64,000 nucleotides of DNA from the human T2T-CHM13v2.0 reference genome, Homo sapiens, in NCBI RefSeq assembly GCF_009914755.1, contig NC_060925.1, one strand, 5' to 3'. How positions within the stretch are numbered: position 1 is the first letter of the stretch; every line of letters begins with the position of its first letter. Below the pieces are notes generated by a model. That model saw only the letters and a list, made by a program, of their open reading frames with translations, did no database searches and had not been told where the DNA came from. This document shows positions 19,494 to 39,960 of this stretch, in pieces. A program made the position numbers and the translations under genes.

Positions 19494-21902
19494 CTACAGG
19501 GGTTTGGGGTAAGACAAAAGATGGTGAAGAAACCATAGAATACAATGGCACACCCACTCAGTCACTCCTGGCCATGCAGGCCGGGGACCCCACTATCTGG
19601 AGAACTCCAGGAAAGGAGCTGCTTTTTAGTCTTAGTAGGAGCTTCCACCCACCCTTCACAACTTGAATTGAGAATAGCCAGCACATTCCTTCCCTATAGG
19701 CTATCCCTTGAGGGTAAGGGAGGCCATGAGTCCAGGTAACTGGGATGCACTCCTCTTCTCCTGGACTTGGGTTCCTTAAGGACTGTACCAAGGCTTCAGA
19801 GTGAGCAGGGGGACATCTGGATAGGTTAGCCAGGGCCACAGAGAGAAGAGCTGCTTACACCTGAATTGTTTCACCCTTTTCAAGAACAGGGTTGTCCTTC
19901 TCCCCATCTGGATCCTTGGGCTAGATCTCTGCCGAGGGGCTCCGTCAAGTCCCGCAAGGCTAGAGAAGGGAGCCCCACATCATTTCCACTTTCAAAGAGG
20001 GAAGATGCTCGTCATTCAAATTACTTCTGTTGATTTCCATGGTATCCCCCTGTCCGTCCCACAATCTCTTACCAGGCGTCAATGCACATGCAGGGGATGG
20101 AAAGAGGATGAGCCGATGAGCAGACTTTGCATTAATCAAGGAGAAAGAAAAAGCAGATGGAAGGAGGTAGGTAGATGGAGAAAGCAACAGCTCCTTTTAG
20201 CCCTTGATGACGGCCCTGAAGGCCTGTCTCTTTTAGTGACTCCTCTTTGGGTCCTCTTCCCCTACCTCTCAGTGACTAGGTTCCTCATATTAATTCCCTG
20301 CTGTGAGTTTGGCTCCTTGTGCTGGGCAATTCAGTCATCCTCAGAAAGAGCAAAGTTGGTCTTGGAATTAAGGTGCAGGTGGGGAAAAAGAGGGACTCAG
20401 CTAGACACGAAGAAAGGCTCTCTTCCCAGTCTAAGCCCTTCTACCGTAAGGGGCATTTTATCAAGACAGCCACCCAACTCCCCATCCCATCTCCCCTCCT
20501 TTGTAGAAACAGCATTTGACTCACCAAGCCTTTCTCTCCCTTTCCGTGTGTCTTGCTTAGTTTCTGGATTGAGAGAATTTCTATCCTTGCTCCCTCGAAC
20601 TCTAAAAGAGCTTCTTTTGAAAACTGGGGAGTATCAGGCCTACCTCTACATGTGCAACAGTGCCAGGATTCAAAGGAAAAGCTCATTCCAGCCTCTGCCT
20701 CTTGGGAGATGGTTCAGAGTGCCACATAGGGACTGAAAGAGGGTGTCTGAATCCTTCAGGAATGCTTTAAGTGACATTGTTGAAAAGAGATAAAGAAAAG
20801 GAAAACAATGGAATTGGGTTTCTAAGGTCCCTGGAAATATCCTGGGGGTCTAATAGAGAAAGAAAATAAGAGGAAATTTGAAGACTCACTTCTTCCTTCA
20901 TCTGAATCCACTCAGATGGCAACTGATCTCTGTCCCAAGGACCCTCTACCCCACCCAATTCATAATCATCTCAGATTAGAAAAGGCAGAATTCCTTCCCA
21001 TTCTCAAATCAGCATTTGGGTTAGGGGCCCCTAAGTTACGTGAGCATGTTAGAAATGTGACCCCAGGCCTCAAGAGAGAGGCTCTGCCACATGAGAGGAG
21101 ATAGGAATCATGACTGAAAGGGGATTAGCACAGAACAGAGAAAACTGATTTGATAGACAAATCAAATAGAAAATATAAAAAAAATCAGCCAAACTCCCAG
21201 AGGTCCTGCATTTCCTCTCACGTCTTTGCCCAGCAACAAGGTCCAAGACCCTGTGGGACCAAAGGGTCAGGGGTTAGTCCAGAGGGAACAAGAAAGGAGA
21301 GGGGATTAAGGAACATCCTGGGCAGTGAGCTGGGAAAAGGGAAGAACTCAGACCTGGAAAAAATGTGGTTGAAGTTAAAAAAGAAAACCAGTTGTGGAGA
21401 GGCAAAACTTTCCTTCAGGCCAAGTCCTATTTGTTTTTGGAGTCAGCTCACCAGCACAGGGCCTAGCATTTAGAAGATTATGAATAAATATTTGATAATC
21501 TGACGGCAGAAGCCATGGGGAAAGGGTTCTGGGTGGGAGAAACAGGATCCTGGGGGTTTCTGCCAGGCAGTTTTTGGCTCTAATCCAGGAGTGAATTCTA
21601 CCTCTCTCCCAGCTGTTTGCTCCAGACACTCAGGAGCTGGGGGCTGAGCAGCACTGTACTCCAGCTGTCTCTGAGAGAAGGATCAGCTGAGCTCATCTCA
21701 GCCTGGGCTCAGGATTTCCACCGCAAAGGTCAGGGGAACTCCAGCAGATCTGGGAGGTCTGGGAGGGAGGAGCTGATCTCCCAGTAAGAAAAGGGGCATT
21801 TTAACTCCAGCCTTGGCCTGGGGGCTCAGAAGACCTGGGGACGGAGAGGAAATGCGGCCACTGGGGGAGCCTGCCACCCCGTCCCAGCCTGGCCCCACTT
21901 AC

Positions 21903-21947
21903 GGAACTGAATGAATTATCAATACTCTCGGTGCTGGAGGAGAGCTC
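21903..21947 (-). CDS. PI4KB: PI4KB 45-nt cassette exon (ELSSSTESIDNSFSS; 816 vs 801 aa isoforms)
   Basis: CAG acceptor, GTAAGT donor, phase 0-0; needed to reach 816 aa. Confidence 0.92.
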
Positions 21948-23379
21948 CTGGGAAAGGGCCAGAGGGCAAAGGGAGAAGGAGGGGGTGGGAAGGGAGGGGA
22001 GAGAGACAAAGGTAAAGAATTTAGCTCCAACTTGGATCGTAACTGCTTCTCTAGTGAAGTTCTACCTTTCTGCTTTAATAAAAGAAAGTCAACTCAGAAA
22101 TGCTACTTGCCCAGATGCTTGACCACTTGTAGGAGATGCTGGAAGGGCAGCTCAGACTTTAAGGTCAGAAGGACTGAAGAGACAAAGCAGCCTCTGCTTT
22201 TCACTTTATTCACTTCTATTCTCAACTGAATGGACCTTCCTTCTAGGCCAAAGCTCTAAAGCTGGGTCCCTAGGGCAGTAACTGCACTGCCAAGCTTCCC
22301 TGCTCTTTTTTTTTACCCACTCACATGCTCTCAACCAAATCCTTCTCCATGGGGACCACCACAGGACTGAACTTAATAAGCTGCATGGCTCCCATACTGG
22401 AAACCCCATGTTCCTCCAGCTTTTTGGAAACCTCAGGGAGGAAGAAAAGCTAAACTTTCAGTGGCAGGTATACCTCTTCTCTAATTAGCCTCATTATCAC
22501 CCTGGGAAGCTGAATCCCAACCTTGAACCTCTGTGACAAAGAGCATCCTAGACCAATAAGCCCAAAATCTCTGGGCTGGATGCTGATGGGAGTGAAGGAT
22601 AAATCAATCTCCTATCTACCAAACCTCCTTAGGCTTCCTATCAGGCTATCCACATGACAATCAATATACTACAATTTTTGATATAAGTTGGGGAGTTAGC
22701 TATATCCATCTAGAAAGCTGACTAGCTGGATAGCAGCTGTCCTAGTCCCAGCCCAGAGGATTTATCTAAACATCACCCCATTGCTGTGTCATATGTGTCC
22801 GTGTGCAAAAACAGGGGAAAGAGATGGTGTCAAACTCTCACTCAGCAGCTCTGAGGCAACACTCATGCACAGGGCTCATCCTGGGTTCTGTCCAACATGG
22901 TCTACCAGGGCAGGGAACAGAGCAGCACGTGTGCACAAATCTAGGTTGTGGGGGACGTTGAGGTCGGGGTGGGGGAGGTTAGACTTAAAAGACAAAGTCC
23001 TAAGAGCTCCCAGGGCAGGAGGGCAGTGGTGAGTTTCTACTCTGAAATCTGCTGAGTAGATTCAAGCATCCACTTGAACTCAATTCCATGGTTTCAGTTC
23101 TATTCTAGCTGGAGGTCCTATAGTCAGGTCCTTCCTTGAAGAATCTGGGGACTGGAGCACTTTGAGGGAGAAGCCACATTTGGAAACATGCCCCTAAGGC
23201 AACAACTCTTCCATTTTGGGTAGAAGGTGGTGGGAGAATTAAGGCAGTGAGGATGTCAGAGTCTATTATGAATTAGTGGTTCTATTTCTACCTATGAGCT
23301 GGTTGGAGAAGGAACAGCAGGCAAGATATTGGCTCCCTGAGCAACGCTCCAGCTGATTCTGTCACAGACAGGTCCTGTC

Positions 23380-23505
23380 TGACTCATTGACAGCCCTGGG
23401 GGAAGGGAGGTATATCATGACCTGCTCCTCTCCTACTCCCTGGGCTTGAGTCACTCACACTGAGTCAGCTCCGGGGAGTAAAGATGAAGCAAGAAGCTGA
23501 CATCA
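23380..23505. promoter_or_regulatory. Candidate intronic enhancer (3 AP-1 sites + CRE-like site)
   Basis: TGACTCA 23380, TGAGTCA 23447 and 23461, TGACATCA 23498. Confidence 0.55.
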
Positions 23506-24422
23506 CACCATATCAAGCTAGAAGGCCTACTGGGGCTTCCAGTGTGACATGCGGCAGATTTCTCTGTACAAAGGTTGCAGTCCTGAAAAGACAAAGCTAA
23601 TCTACTAACAGTGTCATCATATCGGGGAGGGTGTGATACCTAAATCACTCTCTCCTTTTAGCTCCCCCATTCTATACCAAAATATTTGCCATTTGGTTAC
23701 AAATGGGAGGACAAACTGCCTGGGCAGAGTTCCCCGACTAGGCTGATAAAATGGCTTTGAAGCGGCAGGCTTTGAGGAGCAGTGGTGGAAAATGTGAAAA
23801 ATCAGCACAAAGCCTTCTGACTGTGGGAGAGAGTGTAAAGGATTCCTCATAGTAAGAAAGAGAACACTGTGAGAGCTGAGCAGAGAACAACTCTGCAGGG
23901 AGACCATGGGCAGGAAGAGAACTGTACATGCTGCCCCTGAGCCTCTTCTTTGAGGCCCGACCTCATCCTTGGGAGCCCCTCTACTGGTGGTAGGAGCATA
24001 GTATTAAACTCAGAACCTAAAAGAAAAGCAAGAGACTGGGAGCAGAGTGTTAGGGTCTACCTAGAGATTCTCCTAGAGTATCTCTGCTTAGGTCTTAGAT
24101 AATTATGTGCCTCATTTTAGTAAGCTGTATACTTCCTGCTTATGGCAGAAAACAACTTTTTCAAGAGAGTCACAAACTAAACAGTTCCATAGATACTGGG
24201 GTTTTCATTATTACTTCACATGTTCCTAGAGGGAAGGATAACATTTTATCCCCCGTCCTCCACAGCACAGCTCACGGCTTTGGACATTGTACAAAGTCAA
24301 TAACTACATGTTGAGTGAATGAATGTTACATGAAAGGGAAGAAGGATGAGTAAAAGGAAAACCAATTCCTTTGGTATTTAGGGGACAAAAGCCTTGACAG
24401 ACGCATCCTCAAAATGCCAAAG

Positions 24423-24790
24423 GGGCTGGGTCTAGTCACTCATGCCTGTAATCCCAGTGACTTGGGAGGCTGAGGCGAGAGGATGACTTGAAGCCAGGAG
24501 TTTGAGACTAGCTTGGGCAATAGAGCACGACCTCATCTTTACAAAAAAATTTTTTAAAAATTAGCCAGGTGTGGTGGTACATAGCTGTAGCCCCAGGTAC
24601 TTGGGAGGCTAAGATGGGAGGATTGCTTGAGCCCAGGAGTTAAAGGCTACAGTGAGCTATGACTGTGCCACTGCACGCCAGCCTGGGCAACAGAGCAAGA
24701 CCCTGTTGCAAGAAAAAGGGCGGACGGACAGACAGACGGGTGGGCGGAAGGAAGGAAGGAAGGAAGGAAGGAAGGACGGATGGAAGGAAA
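24423..24790 (+). mobile_element. AluJ-type element with (GGAC)/(GGAA)n tail
   Basis: Diverged Alu plus simple repeat. Confidence 0.85.
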
Positions 24791-26664
24791 AGGGCTGGGA
24801 GAGACCCCTGTGCTGACGACTCTAATGCTTAGAAACCTAGTGATATTCATGTTTCTGTCTCTTTCTTGCTCTCCCATTTTCTGTGGAGCCATAATGAATT
24901 CAGGTATTTCATTCTGTCAGTATCAGATAACGCAGGAGTGCCTGGGAACATAGTATCTCCTTCCTCTCCTGGATCTAGTGACCCAAGATAAGGAGTCAGG
25001 TTGGAAGAACGGCAGCTACAGAACCCACCCTAAATGATGTAAGTATTCACCTAATACCTGCCTCTCAGTGCCATCCATAATCTTATCCTGGAGTGGGAGT
25101 TAGATGTAAGGAAAGAGGGACCAAGGATCAGCAGAGTAAGAAAAGCCCTGAGGCCTCAGCTTTTCTGGTCCTAAGATGAGCACTACAAAATGGATAAAGA
25201 GAAAAGCCAAGCCTGACAAGAGGCACCAAGGAATTCACTTCCAGCTGCTCACCCTCTGCTACAGGTTTGACTCCAAGATGAGACAGCTATCCAACCCTTC
25301 ATGTTCCACTAGAATCTGGATGACTCTTCTTGTTCTGCAGCAACTTCTCTTCATGACCCAGGGCTCTGCTGCCAAGCTCAACCAGATATGAAAACGGTTC
25401 ATTCTAGTTCTGACAACAGTTTTGGCTTTGCCTGTGCATGGATGTGGAAGCTCAGATGGCCATAGCCTGGGCCGTTCTTCCCCACATGGCTTCTGACAGC
25501 TGGGGACCTTGGGAAGTAGATATTGAGAAATAACCAAGGTAGTTCAGCTGAATGATTATGAGCACCAGCTGGAGATTTGAGTCCTGGTCTGACATTCACT
25601 AGTTGAGGGACCTTGGGCAAAACATCTAATCTTTCTAAGCCTCAGTTTCCTTGCTGGCAAAATAATACCTGTCTCTCAGCATGGTTGTGAGGATTAAATG
25701 TAAAGTACTTGGCAAGATGCCTGGCACATAAGTGCTGAATAAATGTTAGCACTTTTAGCTTTACCATTATTAAACTATCCTAACAAAATTCCAAATTTCC
25801 AGAGAGCAGGCTCTATAGTCTCCCTCCCTCTTCCTTTTCTCTAGTCACTCTGACTTCCCTCTATTTGAAAGAAGTCCCATTGTATCAAAAACGTGGGTGG
25901 GTTATATGCCCCACAGAGGCAGATGCCAAGACCATAGCTATCCGCATTTTTCAAAAAGTGCAAATTCCTCCTTTTTTTCTCCCTCTTTTCTAGGCTGGGT
26001 TGGAAGCCAGGATGGGAGCCTGGCCAATGGTGAGTCAGAGGGGAGGACTGGAGCACCATTGTCTGGCTGGGACACCAGGTCACTGACACTTGGTAGTCCA
26101 CTGGGCAGCTTTCCCTGCTATCTGTCCAGATGTGGAGTGAAGAGTGGGTATAACCTATTCATGTGGCCACCTCTTCCCTGCTCTATATCCTAAGTTATAC
26201 CTCCAACTGCTGCTGTAGCTTCCTCTTCTTCCCAGCCTCCAGGTCCTTGACTAGGCACTATATTTACTCTATACTAAGAGTGCTTTCTCTTCCCTTTGTG
26301 CTTCTCCCAAATGGTATGGGAAAGATACCAGCAAGGCACTCTTCCCCCTAAGGAAAGGCAGGCAATGAAGGCATTCTCCAGATGCCTCAGTGATAAGAAA
26401 TAAACCTTACACTTATGTCAACAAAAGGTAGGATCTTCAGAGGGTAGTGAAAAGGGATTAGATTATGAGGAGGAGTGGCCAGGAGAATGAAGCCGATGTT
26501 CTAACATCTCCCCTACCCCAGCACACAGAAAGACAATAGTACCTTTTCCTTTCCCACAGATGCTGCTCTGAGAGGCTCTGGTAGCTATCTCAAGTCTCAG
26601 GTCAGGGTGTGGAGGGCTTCTGCCACAGTTCTCATTAACATAGTAGATGTTAATGGAATGGCAG

Positions 26665-26968
<304 letters not shown>

Positions 26969-27264
26969 AGTGCAGTTTAATAAAAATGATTTGGGACACA
27001 GTCAGGAGCGTCAGCCTTGCCATGACCTATATGACCTGAGGCAACTCACTTTATCTCTCTGGGTCTGAGTTCTTCCTTTGTAAACTAAGGCAGGCAAAAT
27101 ACATGAATTCTAAGGCCTTTCCATTCTAACATTCCATGCTTTTATCAGTGAAATGAAACAGGGAGGACAGAAAGAACAGCGTAACCCTGTGTGTATATAG
27201 GAGGCATCCTGTCTCCATGCAGCCCTCTACCACCTTTTGTCTCTGGCCCTCCCCAGAATTTTAC

Positions 27265-28173
27265 CTCATCCTCATTCTCCACTTTAGGGTTGCTGGCTGT
27301 TCGTTTCAGGTTGCTGCTGAGACTTATGCTGGCAGTGGCATCTGACTTAGAGCGCTGGTGAGTCCTTTTGGAGGGAGACAGCCCTGTATCAGGGGCCGGG
27401 CTCAAGGAGGGCAGCTCCCTCTTCCTGTGAGCTGGCTTTAGCTCATCTGAGAGGATCAGCTTCCGTAGCTTGGTCCCACGGGAGTGTCGTTGAGTGGAAA
27501 TGTGCATGTCTGAAGAATAGGCCCCAAGCAACAGGGCACACTGGAGGGAAAAGTTAATGCTCTGGCGGCAACGGTGGACTATGTAGGGCTTAATGGCATC
27601 ACCCACGTCCTCATCCATGTGGATGTACATGTTAAGCAACTGGGGCAGATAGAAGTCCACGTCCTCGTTGCGAAAGCAGAAGAGCCGGTTGCCAATGTAG
27701 GCTTGTACTCCAGGCTCCTTGGAGTTATACAGGTATGAAATGGCCATGGAGATGTCAAACAGTTTTGACTCAAACAGCCTCAGCAGCCAAGACTGTTTAG
27801 CTGAGTTGTTCTGCCGCCGTCTTCTTGCTCCTTTGGCTGTGCCTGAGGCCACAGCGGCCCCCATCTCATCTTCCTCCTCCCTGATCTGGGCAGGTGGATC
27901 ATCTAGGCAACGGATCTCACTGTCCACACCATCCCCATTGACCAACTCCAGTGGGGTGCCTCTGCTAGAGACTGCCACGCCTCCATGCAAAAGCTTGACT
28001 TTCTCCAACACCTCCTGGCAGGCCTTCTGGGCCACCTCAGGGTCAATCACTGATAGTTCCCCGACCCCCTCCGTGATGACACTTAGCAGGGACCCCCCAT
28101 TATTCCCTGGTGGGCCAGAAGTGGGCTCAGAAGTTGGCTTCAAGGGGGCAGGCTCCACTACTGTATCTCCCAT
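27265..28173 (-). CDS. PI4KB: PI4KB first major coding exon, residues 1-303 (exon extends to 28201); ACBD3-binding region, helical domain, LKRTASNP (Ser294)
   Basis: ATG 28173-28171 in good Kozak context (GCCATGG), TAG acceptor 28202-28204, donor GTAAAA at 27264. Confidence 0.97.
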
Positions 28174-28491
28174 GGCCACAGCCAGACTTCGAGCTTCCAA
28201 GCTACAGGAAGAGGGAGGGAGAAAAGAACAGAAAGGGAGACACATACACACATTGGTTAGTGGTGCCATCCTCAGATCTTCCCTTTGCTATGACACCTTC
28301 CCAGGCACCTCCTCTTTTTGTCTTCCTGGACTCCTTCAAAATCAGATAAGAAGACATATCCTAGGAAGCTTTCCTGACTACCTCCACTTCTGATTACATT
28401 ACTCGTCATTCCTCCTGTAGTTACTCAGCTTAGCCTCTGTTCTTAGCTTATATATGTGAAATGTTGTTTTGTATATGTTGTATTTATATAG

Positions 28492-30562
<2,071 letters not shown>

Positions 30563-30887
30563 CTAAAACAACCATCATCAACCCTGCTGAAGCTGTGCCG
30601 TTTCTCTGGTTGTCTGACATCATGACATCACACCCTCTTTCTCCAGTGCCGTGGCTGCTAACATATAATGGAAAGAGCTCTGGACTTGAAGGCAAATAGG
30701 CTGGGGTTGAAAATCCTCATTCAGCCTTTCAGAAATGTGCAACTTATGCAAGCCATTTATCCTCAACTGCAAATTGGGAAAAAACACTTCCTTCTCATTG
30801 TTGCTATGTGGAACAAATACCATCACGTGTATGAAAGAATCTAGCACAGTCTTTGATACATAGTAGTACTCAATATATGCTAGTTGA

Positions 30888-36990
<6,103 letters not shown>

Positions 36991-37868
36991 GAAAGCTTCT
37001 AATAAGGGGAATTATGAGGAGACTGCACCATGACTAACGACAAGGAAGAGAAAGGAAGTGGGATAAGATGACATAACTACTCCCAAACAGACCTAGAATC
37101 AGAAAATGAATGGAATCTCACGTGCCCTTTCGCTATCACAGGCTGAGAGAGACATGGCAGCAACTAGTTGCCTAAGTCTCAGTTCACTCCAAGTTCTCTT
37201 TTCCAGCCAGCTTCCTCAAAGTGCTTTCCCACAAACATACTTTCTACCTATAGAATCTGGAGTTATGGATCAAGTACGTGAGGAACAGGACAGAAAATCA
37301 GCCACTTAATGCACTGGGGGAAAAAGCAAAGCAGATGAAGGAAGCAGGCCTGGAGCTTGTCTTTCAAAATGACTTACACCCCTGGTTGTGGACTAGAAAC
37401 ATCTGACAGAAAGACCAAGGTGAAGGAAAATTCTCAGGATGACTAAACCACTACTAATAAATACCTTTTGCCTGAGGAACCCAAAATGTTTTGTAAACAA
37501 ATAAACCAAATCTGATTTTTTCCCCCAACCCACATCCTGCTACCAACTTATTACTGCACTGATGCCTACAGAGAGTGGGCATTTTCCAAAAGGATCACTC
37601 TAGAGGTCAAGTGAGGAAGTCACATGCTGAACCCAGGAGTCCCGATTCTGAATGTACAAGCTCTTTCCATTGTCTCATGTTCCTTTTTCCAGTTATACCC
37701 TTACCCCACTCCAGGCCTGAATTCTTATGGAACCAACCAAAACTATTCTAGTAAACCACAAGAATAAACTGATTCCTCATGGATCTGGACAGGGGTGAGA
37801 AGGCACTCTATTCTGTGATTCCTTTAACAAAAGCCTAAAATTAAATAATCTGAAACAAGTTTTCTCAC

Positions 37869-38070
37869 AATCTCATTCAATTTCCACGCAGGCCTGTTCA
37901 TCCCTCTTAGTGGCTGCTCCGGAGTAGTCAACCAAGTGTAATCTGATAGGGACTTCTTCAAAACTTGCTCCGGCCTTCAGAAACACCCTTCTGTCCTGAA
38001 CGGCCTGAGGCAGCTGAGGCTCCCCCTGCTCACAACACATTTTTCTTCTTAGTTCAAGGTTTAGTTGATC
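37869..38070 (-). other. PI4KB: PI4KB alternative upstream exon supplying ATG AGA TT ([12 protein letters not shown]- 12-aa N-terminal extension)
   Basis: TTTCAG acceptor at 38071, TT|GTGAGA donor, ATG 37876-37874 joins in frame to the exon starting at 28201. Confidence 0.75.
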
Positions 38071-38949
38071 CTGAAATAAGTGGTATGTGGAGATAAAGAG
38101 TGTAACAGAGAACACATGAAGCCCACGGGAAAAACAGAACAAATGTCACAAGGATCAGAGAAATCCCTGAAACTCGAGGGAGGTGTCAAAGTTGGAAATC
38201 CTGAATGGGAAGGGCACTGTCAAATCTCTCCCCTACAGACAGAAACCTCTAGAAAGTTGGGGGATTGAGGAGGGAGAAAGAGAAGCTAAAGAAAGTTATA
38301 GGGATCATAATGCATCCCAGAGAAGAGTGAGGACTAGGTTCAAAGTAAGAATGTAAATGGTACTTTTGGATTGATGACAAGGGCCCGAGATCCCTTAAGG
38401 AGAAGGGAACAGGCAATTCTTGGAAGCCAGGAGCTGGCTGGGTAGGTGGGTGACAGTGAGGTAATGGAATCAGAAGCAGCACAGGAAGACAGGGATGCAA
38501 TCTTTAGCTCAGGGAAATGGGAACCCAGTGCTGGAGTTGCACAGGGACATAGGAGGAAAAGTGCAAACTAGGAAAAGAGATAAAGGTGGAGTCCATGGAA
38601 AAGGTTTGGGGCAGGGGCAGAGACGACGAGGAAGGACAAGGATGGGCATTATGGGAGTCGTCTGATATGGAAAGGGTTCATGACTTAAAAAAAAGAATTA
38701 TTCGAGACGTAGGCAACAGGGATGAGTGAGGGAGGGGGGAATCCCCGAGGCAGAGGGAGGAGCTAATAGAAGAGGAAGCCAAAAAGCGGAGGAGGACCCC
38801 AGGCCTGAGAGGAAAGGGTGGAGAAGGAACCCGGGGTGCAGCTGACACCAAGAGGGCAGTTTCGTAGTCGAACTCAGGTGGGGAAGACTGTGCGGGACAG
38901 GGTGGGAGAGGGACCCCCCCCCCCCACCCAACAGGGCAAAGGTGACTCA

Positions 38950-39960
38950 TGAAGGAGGAGTAGCTTACCTCTGGGGGACCCCCGCGGAGGGGGTGCGGGC
39001 AGTCGCGGTTGGACTGCCGACACTGCCGCCTCAGCAGCAGCGACCGCTCCCGGGTTCCATTGGCCGCCTGCGCTTCCCTGACAGCGGCCGCGGAGGCTGC
39101 ACCAGGCCCCGGCTGCGGGGCTGCCCGCGGCGCCGCCTGAGGGGGCCTTCAGGCTGCCACAAGTTCGACCGGGCCACACAACCTCTTCTTCCTCCCTCAG
39201 TACAACCAAGACCAAAAAAATAATAAAATAAAATAAAATTCCCCAGCAGGTCTCGATGTAGTATTCTTCTCCGGAGTCCAAGCCAAGCCTTTCTTCCCAG
39301 GATACGCTTTCCTGCTTCCCCAGCGGTCAGGACCCTACCGATTCCATAGTAATCTAAGGAGTCGGGTGAGCTGCCTGGAACATGCCTGTTCAGAAATAGA
39401 AAAGGGGGCGGGGAAAAGATGTTTGGAAGCTCTCGAGGGAGAGAGGGCGAAGGGAGGAGCTTACGGGTGGGAGGAGGGGCCAATATTTAAGAAGCGGACC
39501 TAAGCGATAGCGTTTGCGAGGCTAAAGAAGCCGAGAGAGAAGTAAAATTTGCTGCATAAGTAGGGTGAGCAGGCGGCCGTGGGTGCCCTGTTAAAGAAGT
39601 ATGGACATATGCATACTTCCAGAAGTATATTAACATGCAAGTTATATGTAAACGACCGTTTGAGTAACTAACCAAATTACCGTAATTGCAATCAATGACT
39701 TTTCCCCCTCCCGTATGCTACAAGACTCCCTTAGTAAATCAGGCCGTGGGATGGACGCTGGGTTCCTAGAAGGGCGCGCAGGAAGACGGCGGACGGGGAA
39801 GACGTTCTTTCTGACTGCCCTTTTCCTACTTATCTTGGAGGACGATGCGGAGTTTAAGCTCCTTAACATTTCGGGAATGGCGCGGTCCAACCGCGTCAGT
39901 CTTTTCGCCGTTAGAGGCCCGACTCGAGGCCGTGGTTCTGCCTCCGAGGTCACCAACCTG
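38950..39960. promoter_or_regulatory. PI4KB CpG-island promoter, probably bidirectional
   Basis: High CpG density, GC box GGGGCGGGG near 39405, CCAAT near 39480. Confidence 0.8.
38969..39400 (-). other. PI4KB: PI4KB first (5' UTR) exon; TSS approximate
   Basis: GAG|GTAAGC donor at 38968 at the edge of the CpG island. Confidence 0.75.

Noticed and set aside
20005-20736. 243-aa + strand ORF antisense in a PI4KB intron
   Set aside because: No recognisable domain, promoter or splice context; composition looks like random intronic sequence
28174-28269. Extra N-terminus [13 protein letters not shown]... on the PI4KB ORF
   Set aside because: Runs through the branch site, polypyrimidine tract and acceptor at 28202; intronic
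27719-28393. 224-aa ORF opposite PI4KB exon 2
   Set aside because: Antisense shadow of a real CDS, non-ATG start
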